Source: an uncultured delta proteobacterium (GTDB lineage Bacteria; Desulfobacterota; Desulfobulbia; Desulfobulbales; BM004). From it: DNA of 64,000 bases. A program made the translations under genes and the position numbers. Below are positions 48,517 to 55,562 of the stretch, piece after piece. The stretch's first letter is position 1; each line of letters begins with the position of its first letter. A model generated the notes under the pieces. That model did not search any database, was not told the DNA's origin, and saw only the letters and a program-made list of their open reading frames with translations. The stretch is from NCBI GenBank assembly GCA_963783905.1, contig CAWAPG010000002.1, positions 65,032 to 129,031 on the forward strand, given 5' to 3'.

Positions 48517-49225
48517 TGAACGTCGGGAAATCCAACCTGCGGAGTTTGTTTACGGTTTTCATTACGTCATATTCCACTTCTCTGAAAGTTACGCTGCCAT
48601 GTTCTCTGTCCCAGACTATATATTTGGCATGATTATTGAGTCCGTCTCTAGGCTGCCCGACACTTCCGGGGTTGATAAGATATTTCCTCTCGTTTTTGAG
48701 ATACCGGGTTGAGGGTAAAATATTCTGTCCCAGGATGGGATCTTTTCCCTCTTCAAAGAAGTTCATTGTGTGAGTATGGCCGTAAAAACAGATGTTTTCT
48801 TGGAAAGATGTGAAAAGTTTATCCAGCATTTTGTTGCTTGGAGAAAAAAGATAGGCTGTTTGAGATTTCGGGGGACAGCCGTGAACCAGTCGGGCGCCAT
48901 GGTGGATTGTTACTGGCTGGAGCCCGAAGGCATATGCCAAACTTTCTTCAGAGAGCATGACTCTGGTCATGTCGAGGGATTTTTTCGGATCCGGGTTCAT
49001 CCTTAGATAATAGACGGGGTTACCCAGAGCGTATTCGTGATTTCCCTGGATAGAGATTACCTGCAGTTTGATGAGTTTCTGCGTCACTTCATCCGGATCG
49101 GGCCCATATCCGATATTGTCCCCCAGGGTGACAATATCGGATATTCCTTCTGCACGTATGTCCGCAAGAACCGCGTCAAGGGCTGCCAGGTTTGAGTGAA
49201 TATCTGCAAGCACTGCTGTTCGCAC
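48494..49225 (-). CDS. metallophosphoesterase (PPP-type Ser/Thr phosphatase-like)
   Basis: Motifs DIHSN, GDNIGYGP, GNHE, and GHTH downstream. It lies immediately upstream of the kinase gene on the same strand. Confidence 0.8.
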   Translation of the reverse strand: MRTAVLADIHSNLAALDAVLADIRAEGISDIVTLGDNIGYGPDPDEVTQKLIKLQVISIQGNHEYALGNPVYYLRMNPDPKKSLDMTRVMLSEESLAYAFGLQPVTIHHGARLVHGCPPKSQTAYLFSPSNKMLDKLFTSFQENICFYGHTHTMNFFEEGKDPILGQNILPSTRYLKNERKYLINPGSVGQPRDGLNNHAKYIVWDREHGSVTFREVEYDVMKTVNKLRRLDFPTFNATRLLR

Positions 49226-49544
49226 TGCCTGGTGACCTCATTGGTATCTATTGTTTAAAGATCAGGAAAATTCTTCTTGTTCAAATATACCAGAAAAACA
49301 AGCAGAGTGGAAAAGTGAATATTGAAGTGGAAGGACAATTCCGGCTTTTCGTGCATAATGGGGTACGCTGTCCAGGGGGTAGCGACGCGGGCAGGGAAGC
49401 CATTGCGCCGTATATCGTGCGCAATCCGTTTTCCGGCAGGAAGATCAGATGCATGCCTGATTACATTTTGAATTAATCGTAGTTTTTATCCTTTTAGGAA
49501 AAATAAGTTTTTATGCCATACGGTTCATCCAATGTTAAAATGCA

Positions 49545-50387
49545 TTATTCGGATTTCACAACGAGTACAGCGCAACCAGCATTCCCAATGACCTTTTCTG
49601 TTGTGCTTCCCATAAGTAATTTTCTAACCCCTGTTTTTCCATATGTCCCCATGACAATAAGATCAATACCCATGCCGCCCGCCGATTCAACAATCACATT
49701 AGACGCTTTTCCTTTAGGGGTCAGGGCTTCTGCTGAAATACCTTCCGTTTTCGCCAGTTCAAGAGCATCACGTGTATAAGTTTTTGCATCTTCCTGCTCA
49801 CTTTCATCACGCATTGAGGATAATGCAATAATATGACTTCCGGTTTTCTTTGCAATGTTTATAGCTTCGTTAACCGCGGTAATAGAATGGGGTGAACCAT
49901 CAGTGGCAACTAGGATCTTCTTATATCCTATCTGCGCGGCCTTTGGCACGACCAAGACCTTGCAGGGTGCATCAGCAATAACTTTCGCAGCGACTTCACC
50001 AATAAGCAACCTTGCTACTCCCTGATAACCCTGTCTGCCGATTACGATCATGTCAACTTCTTTGGCGGTCGCCTCTTCGATGATGGCTTTTGCAGGAGGC
50101 ATTGATTCAAGAAAAACAGTTTCACAGGTTACCCCATCTTCTTCAGCCTGTGCTTTAATGGATTCAAGGTGTTTGATCGCTGCTTCCTCTTCCATTTTAA
50201 AATAATTAGCACCAATCGTTGCATACTCAGGATTTGTCTCGATAGCCATGCACACGTATATTTTGCTTGAGCATTTTGCAGCAAACTTGATTGCCTCCCG
50301 TATTGCTCCTTCGCTGTTCTCAGTTCCATCGGTTGATATAAGTATTTTTTCCAATTTAGAGATGGGGCAAACCGGTCCTGTTGTCAT
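49545..50387 (-). CDS. tandem universal stress protein (2 x UspA domain)
   Basis: Two Usp units each end in the ATP-binding-type motif G-x2-G-x9-GS(T) (GRQGYQGVARLLIGEVA; GTYGKTGVRKLLMGSTT). Confidence 0.9.
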   Translation of the reverse strand: MTTGPVCPISKLEKILISTDGTENSEGAIREAIKFAAKCSSKIYVCMAIETNPEYATIGANYFKMEEEAAIKHLESIKAQAEEDGVTCETVFLESMPPAKAIIEEATAKEVDMIVIGRQGYQGVARLLIGEVAAKVIADAPCKVLVVPKAAQIGYKKILVATDGSPHSITAVNEAINIAKKTGSHIIALSSMRDESEQEDAKTYTRDALELAKTEGISAEALTPKGKASNVIVESAGGMGIDLIVMGTYGKTGVRKLLMGSTTEKVIGNAGCAVLVVKSE

Positions 50388-50685
50388 GGTGATCTCCTTT
50401 TACTTTTAATTATAAATTTACTTTGTAGTGTAGCTTACTTGTCATAGATTTACATGGGAATTATTCATTTTTGATCTAAGAACATAGAAAGTATACAGGA
50501 TGGGTGGTTAAGAATGAAAATTAAATTAGTTGTAGTTTTTGTTGGTAGACTCTGGGGAAAACTACAGAGATGAGGCGAAACTTACCAGGTCTCCCCATGG
50601 AAAATGACAGCTTTCAATCAAAAACGTGTAACATTCCTGAAATATCTATGCACGCATCAGACATACTGACACAAAAAACAAAGGA

Positions 50686-50790
50686 TCTCCCACCTCAGGA
50701 AGGGGCCTTTGTTTTTTGTGCCGATATAATAACCGGTCAGATATCTTGAAGCTTTAAGAATCATACACAAGTCAATTATCTTTTTGTTAC
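50686..50790 (-). repeat. copy A of a ~100-bp repeated element (58-bp core 50733-50790 plus spacer and hairpin)
   Basis: The reverse complement of 50733-50790 matches 53684-53741 at 55 of 58 positions. The adjacent spacer is similar, and the hairpin-like GGATCTCCCACCTCAGGAAGGGGCC lies at 50683-50707. Confidence 0.85.
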
Positions 50791-50829
50791 GTGTAGAGAG
50801 CAGCTATACGTAACAAAAGTTGCTTTTCC

Positions 50830-51741
50830 TTAACAGATTAATTCCCCCTGTGCTTGGTCTTGAATGTATTTAGTATTACTGTGAAAAGAATTTTCTGCTT
50901 TGGCAAGTTCCCGACCGAGGTAAGCTGCGTGATCCATTTGCGAAACTAATTGCATGTTTAAAATTGTTGAACAAATTGTTGGAGCGTCTTTGCCCTCGAT
51001 GATATGTAATAGCCGCCCATTATTTTTATAATGCTCGACATAAAGAGGATTTTCATGTCCTTTCCTGACTAAAATAATGAAATAACCTTCACGATCCAAT
51101 TGCAGTCGTTTAGCAGGCTCTGCCTTGATGATGTTAACAAGACGAACATAAAGACCATGTTCGTATGGGGCAGATTCGATAGAATCCAACAATTGAATTT
51201 CTTTTTTCAGATTATCTATATCGGTGTAATGCAATAAATTATGGATCGTTATCTGCTTTCTGAATTGTGCTATTTCTTGTGCTAACGTATTTCTAAGAAT
51301 GGGACGGGCTCCTGATGCATCAACAATTCTTTGCTTTTTGTTGATTCCTTTTTTCTGCAAGTTGATTATCGCATCACCTGGGCGATGGCCGCTAACTTCT
51401 TTACCGATTATAACAAGATGACGAATAAAGGGGTTGCTGATCAGATTTTTTAAAACATATTCAACTCCTATATTTTCTGTAGTCAAATTGCCTATGATTG
51501 CAATATTTTTGAGAAGGGCAAAAAAGGGTCTTTCGATAATGTGGGAATCTCCCAAAGAGAGTATGGCAATTGAGGCTGTCGGGTTCAAAACTGCATAGTC
51601 CCCAGGCTGGACAGGCCAAAAATCAGGGGTAAACTCTTGAGGAGAGGTTGTGGTCATATTGATGGGCTCAATTGCAGATTCCTCCATCGAATTCAACATG
51701 TCCATTGTTTCATTGTAGGTATTGAATGCCGGAACTGGCAA
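50830..51741 (-). CDS. MtrA-like (tetrahydromethanopterin S-methyltransferase subunit A homolog) protein fused to DUF4346; N-terminal boundary unresolved
   Basis: WPVQPGDYAVLNP...IAILSLG...IAIIGNLTTENIGVEYVLKNLISNPFIRHLVIIGKEVSGHRPGDAI follows the MtrA pattern. The C-terminal YFIILV...VEHY segment is DUF4346-like. The ORF-track start is a TTG without SD, and it is in frame with the upstream ORF across one TGA. Confidence 0.75.
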   Translation of the reverse strand: MPVPAFNTYNETMDMLNSMEESAIEPINMTTTSPQEFTPDFWPVQPGDYAVLNPTASIAILSLGDSHIIERPFFALLKNIAIIGNLTTENIGVEYVLKNLISNPFIRHLVIIGKEVSGHRPGDAIINLQKKGINKKQRIVDASGARPILRNTLAQEIAQFRKQITIHNLLHYTDIDNLKKEIQLLDSIESAPYEHGLYVRLVNIIKAEPAKRLQLDREGYFIILVRKGHENPLYVEHYKNNGRLLHIIEGKDAPTICSTILNMQLVSQMDHAAYLGRELAKAENSFHSNTKYIQDQAQGELIC

Positions 51742-51762
51742 ACATGGTTTACAACCCAGTCA
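51723..51762 (-). other. in-frame UGA followed by SECIS-like hairpin (candidate selenocysteine insertion site)
   Basis: The TGA codon is at 51762-51760. The hairpin UGCC-AGUUCC-GGCA (51740-51727) is extendable to 51744-51723 across a UU/UU internal loop. The apical loop begins 24 nt after the UGA and has G at loop position 2. Confidence 0.35.
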
Positions 51763-52017
51763 TTGATGCAGATCAATTTCCCCCGCATCTTCAATCCACT
51801 GCGAAAAGTCTCTTTCAGCAGCGGTGAGTCCGTTATCAACCTTCTTGCTGAGGCTTACCTCTTGAATTGTATCCAAGATTGAGGCCATCATATCTGCGTG
51901 GAAACACGAACAAGTGCGGCATCGCTCATGCTGCATGATCTTTACAAATTCACGATGCACTTTTTTTATGGCTATGATTTTTTCATCCAGAATTTTCATT
52001 ACCTTTCCTACTAACAT
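51760..52017 (-). CDS. small Cys-containing hypothetical protein (or N-terminal part of a TGA-read-through fusion with the MtrA-like ORF)
   Basis: The likely start is ATG 51999 after AGGAAAGG (MKILDEKI...). It contains CRTCSCFH and ends ...EIDLHQ-TGA in the same frame as the next ORF. Confidence 0.5.
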   Translation of the reverse strand: MLVGKVMKILDEKIIAIKKVHREFVKIMQHERCRTCSCFHADMMASILDTIQEVSLSKKVDNGLTAAERDFSQWIEDAGEIDLHQ

Positions 52018-52514
52018 ATCAACGGGTATACTTTCCAGAGGGCTGGTCGATTAAAGATGTTTACTGATTATCTTTAGTCTTGGGATTGTGTTCTATTAAC
52101 GATGTCTATCTTTTGTGACTTGTAAAATATTTCTGAATTTTTAAAGGGTTCACTGGACATCTAAAGTGAACACTGATAAGGAAATAAGGGATAAAAATTG
52201 GTGGCTTCACCGGTGGCTTTAAAATCCGATAGGCTGTCTGTTGGAAACAGAGGGTTTGTTGCACACTAATAATGACATTTCATGGCTAGTTCAGTTAATA
52301 TAAGATCTTGGTATCAAGATAGCTACAAAAAGGCCGATTGATCTCCGTTTCCAGGCAACAGAGAATGGCAATCTGGTTCAGTATGATGCACATCTCGTGT
52401 GGGCTCGGGTGAACGATGACGGGACCATGGATTACGGCAAGAAATATACACGAAATTAACCAGATAATATCATATTAATATTTTTATAATATCACTAAAT
52501 TTTAATTCGTCCGC

Positions 52515-53095
52515 ATTTAAAGGTTTAAACCCCCGCCTTTTAGGCGGGTAGCTTTAAGCTAGCTGTTGAATTATACTTTCTGGCATGGAATACCGACAGA
52601 GTAGTCACACCAAGTACAAAATAGAATATCATTTTGTATGGGTAACCAAATATCGTTATCATATGCTTCAAGGCGACTTGGCAGATCGAGTTCGTGATCT
52701 TGTTCGTCAAACCTGTGAGTATTTTGAAATTCAGATATTGCGAGGTGTTGTAAGTAAAGATCATGTTCATATCTTGGTTTCTGCCCCGCCGAATATGTCT
52801 CCATCTGACATAATGAAAAGGGTGAAAGGGCGAACATCTCGGAAGATATTTGAAGAGTTTCCTCATGTAAAGAAGCGTTATTGGGGCCGTCATTTTTGGG
52901 CACGAGGCTACTTTTGCGTAACAGCCGGTGAACTTACCAAGGTAATGATAAAGGAATATCTCGCTCATCATTTTGAACGTGATCCCAATGATGGATTTGA
53001 GGTTGAGCCTTAAACCGGCTGCGTGAGCCTGCCGGTATTGCTGGACTTTAAGTCCGCGCTGTTAAACCCACCTACTTCAAGTAGGTGGTTGTTTA
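52515..53095 (+). mobile_element. IS200/IS605-family insertion sequence (IS200-type, tnpA only); ends approximate
   Basis: A Y1 transposase gene is flanked by subterminal hairpins: CCCGCCT-TTT-AGGCGGG at 52532-52548 on the left and CCACCTAC-TTCAA-GTAGGTGG at 53068-53088 on the right. A TTAAACCC motif lies next to both. Confidence 0.7.
52585..53013 (+). CDS. tnpA: IS200/IS605 family Y1 transposase TnpA
   Basis: YHFVWVTKYRY, the HUH motif DHVHILV, and the catalytic Tyr region WARGYF. Confidence 0.95.
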   Translation: MEYRQSSHTKYKIEYHFVWVTKYRYHMLQGDLADRVRDLVRQTCEYFEIQILRGVVSKDHVHILVSAPPNMSPSDIMKRVKGRTSRKIFEEFPHVKKRYWGRHFWARGYFCVTAGELTKVMIKEYLAHHFERDPNDGFEVEP

Positions 53096-53114
53096 GTAAT
53101 TATAAGGTACTAAT

Positions 53115-53663
53115 ATGATCAGGCCTAATTCTAAAGTTCCCACAGTATATGTGAGGCCGGACAATACCGCTGTAATAACTTGTCCCCAATGCGGCCGCCA
53201 GAAAGACTTAATGGCTGATGCATTCAAGGGATACAATTACAAGTCCCAGCTTAAAATCAAATGCAGTTGTCAAAATGTATTTAGGATCAATCTCGAATTC
53301 CGTAGAGGCATTCGCAAGATAACTCGTATAACAGGCACCTATATAAATCATTCACAGAACGGCAGCAGTGGAAATCTTACCATTCATGATATTTCTTTGT
53401 TCGGATTGGGATTTAGCCAATTAGATAAAAATAATTTTCAATTAGGTGATGAGCTTAGTCTTAAATTTATTCTTAATGATGAACATAAAACTGAAATCAA
53501 GAAAGAAGTTGTTGTCAGGTCTATTCGACAAAATACAATTGGATGCGAGTTTAAAAAATCTGAAGATTCTTTCAGTCCCTTGGGATACCATGTAATAAAC
53601 GAATTAATAGGCATTATGCTTCCTTTAATCGTATCAATTTACCCTTTTCTCATCAGCAGATAA
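53115..53663 (+). CDS. PilZ-domain protein with N-terminal zinc ribbon (paralog of 32172-32642)
   Basis: It has the same layout as the 32172 gene: CPQCGRQ...CSCQNVFRINLEFRRGIRK...IHDISLFGLGF. A hydrophobic C-terminal tail is added. Confidence 0.7.
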   Translation: MIRPNSKVPTVYVRPDNTAVITCPQCGRQKDLMADAFKGYNYKSQLKIKCSCQNVFRINLEFRRGIRKITRITGTYINHSQNGSSGNLTIHDISLFGLGFSQLDKNNFQLGDELSLKFILNDEHKTEIKKEVVVRSIRQNTIGCEFKKSEDSFSPLGYHVINELIGIMLPLIVSIYPFLISR

Positions 53664-53683
53664 TTGTCGATATCTGTCTCTAT

Positions 53684-53791
53684 GTAACAAAAAGGAAATT
53701 GACTTTTGTATGATTCTTAAAGCTTCAAGATATCTGACCGGCTATATTAGCACATAAAAAGGCCCCTCCCACCTCTGGAAGGGGCCTTTTT
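53684..53791 (+). repeat. copy B of the ~100-bp repeated element (core 53684-53741 plus spacer plus terminator hairpin)
   Basis: GTAACAAAAAGGAAATTGACTTTTGTATGATTCTTAAAGCTTCAAGATATCTGACCGG is followed by the terminator GGCCCCTCC...GGAAGGGGCC TTTTT (53761-53791). Confidence 0.85.
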
Positions 53792-54078
53792 ATGTGCACT
53801 GATACCAGCAGATTCTGGAACGCATTTTGAAAAGTTGTTTTTTCCTAATAAGTTACTTGATTTTTCGTAGAAGATTTTGGCAGACACCCAACCACGTCCC
53901 AACTTCGGAAGGTATTTTGGGGAAATTTTTTCCTAGTGAAAATTCTTTGCCTCAATTGGGGTTGGAATTTCGACCCACCAGATACCCACCAAGGGGGGAC
54001 TCTTAGGTGATTACGATTTGGGAAAAGTTCCTCGTGATTCTATTGTTCTGTTTCGCTGATAGGCATTTCAATGCCTCC

Positions 54079-54486
54079 TTACTTCAATCTGTTGTAATCT
54101 TCATCCGCTACATGCTCCAGCCAGGTAACCGGGCCTTTTTCGGGGTTGACCTCAATGGCGAGGTGAACAAACCAACTGTCCCTGGCCGCACCGTGCCAGT
54201 GCTTGAGATTGGCGGGAATCTCGACAACATCCCCACGATGAAGTTCCCGGGCCGGCTTTCCCCATTCCTGATAATAGCCTCTGTCACCTGTTACTAGTAG
54301 GATCTGACCACCCGCGTGTTTGTGCCGGCAGTTGCGGCATCCTGGCTCAAAGGTCACGTTGCCCATGGGACAACTTGTGCCGAAAGTCGTCAACATTTTG
54401 AGCCAAACCGTTCCGATAAAATTATCACTTTCGAATTTCTCTCCAATGGAAAAAATTACACTATTGCTCAGATCGTTTGCGTTCAT
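54079..54486 (-). CDS. cupin-domain protein
   Basis: The cupin motifs H-H-x-GGQ and the G-D/H region (RHKHAGGQILLVTGDRGYY...GDVVEIPANLKHWHG) are present. Confidence 0.8.
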   Translation of the reverse strand: MNANDLSNSVIFSIGEKFESDNFIGTVWLKMLTTFGTSCPMGNVTFEPGCRNCRHKHAGGQILLVTGDRGYYQEWGKPARELHRGDVVEIPANLKHWHGAARDSWFVHLAIEVNPEKGPVTWLEHVADEDYNRLK

Positions 54487-54599
54487 GATTTACGTTCCTT
54501 ATATCTAGACCACCTGGAGTTGAACATGTTGCTGGCCATCGAGTGCTTCAAATCATGCATCCTCACGTCAGGCAATCCGGCAGCTATTCTGGCGTTGTT

Positions 54600-54893
54600 T
54601 CAGGCATCCAGGGCGATCTCAATGAAATCCCTTGCGTCCAGGTGATACTCAATGGCGGTCTTCACCTCGTCCCCTGCCAGCTCCAGATCTTCCGGGGACA
54701 GTTCCAGGGCCTCCTCGCCCATGCGTTGCACTATCGTGGAGATGAGGGTCTCCGATTTGGTTGTGGGAATAAAAAAACCCCATGACCGGGAATGGCCAAG
54801 GGGCTGCTGGGTAATGACATTAAAAATCTGTAAACTGTTTTTTCTCTCAACTCGTCTTTTGTAATATCGAAAGCTATTTTTAAAAAAATTCAA
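54600..54893 (-). CDS. hypothetical protein (only the C-terminal ~60 aa look coding)
   Basis: ORF only. The acidic helical tail is GEEALELSPEDLELAGDEVKTAIEYHLDARDFIEIALDA. The start is unclear. Confidence 0.3.
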   Translation of the reverse strand: MNFFKNSFRYYKRRVERKNSLQIFNVITQQPLGHSRSWGFFIPTTKSETLISTIVQRMGEEALELSPEDLELAGDEVKTAIEYHLDARDFIEIALDA

Positions 54894-55328
54894 ATGGAGG
54901 TAGAAATAGTGAAAAAGTACTTAGTAATAGCAGCTTTGGTCGGAATTCTAAGTTTCGCGAGTGTTTCCATGGTAAGTGCGCGTGGAAACCATGGCCATGG
55001 TCATGGTATGGGTTATGGATATGGTGATGATTGCGGATATTGTAACAACTGGTCTTATGATGGTCAGGATAAAGAGAAGGTGGACACTTTTCTTAAAGAA
55101 ACGCAAGAAACCAGAAAACAACTTGCGGTCAAAAGAAGTGAACGGAGAGCTTTGATGAGTCAGGATAATCCTGATGAAAAGAAAGTAGGCAAACTGACTG
55201 GTGAAATCTTTGATCTGAAAAATCTGTTGGATGAAAAAGCAAAAGGGGCTTTTGGTGATAATCCTCCTTTTCGCCATAAAGGTTCCAGGGGAGGATTTGG
55301 TAACTGTGGTAGAGGACCACGCAATTGA
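54894..55328 (+). CDS. periplasmic Spy/CpxP/ZraP-family protein with His/Gly-rich metal-binding N-terminus
   Basis: Signal peptide, GNHGHGHGMGYGYGDDCGYC, then LTxxQ-type helical region (KQLAVKRSERRALMSQDNPDEKKVGKLTGEIFDLK). Confidence 0.65.
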   Translation: MEVEIVKKYLVIAALVGILSFASVSMVSARGNHGHGHGMGYGYGDDCGYCNNWSYDGQDKEKVDTFLKETQETRKQLAVKRSERRALMSQDNPDEKKVGKLTGEIFDLKNLLDEKAKGAFGDNPPFRHKGSRGGFGNCGRGPRN

Positions 55329-55562
55329 TGAACCACTAAACATGGTTATTTGATTAAAAGCGTTTTCAGAAGATTGGAAGCGCTTTTTTATTTGGTTGCA
55401 ATAAGATAAATTAATTACTCAATATATCCACTGAATATGTTGAGTCAGATTTTGTCTGACAAAACTCAAGATTGTGGCAAGAAAGATGGATTATTAAAAA
55501 AGTTAGACATGGCGGCCATAAATCATTATGTCAATTAGGTAGTCTAATTTTCGAGACTTTAT

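Noticed and set aside
53940-53995. tRNA-like fragment impression (GGTTGGAATTTCGACCC...)
   Set aside because: It cannot be folded into acceptor, T-arm or anticodon arms, and the T-loop consensus GTTCGAATC is not present.
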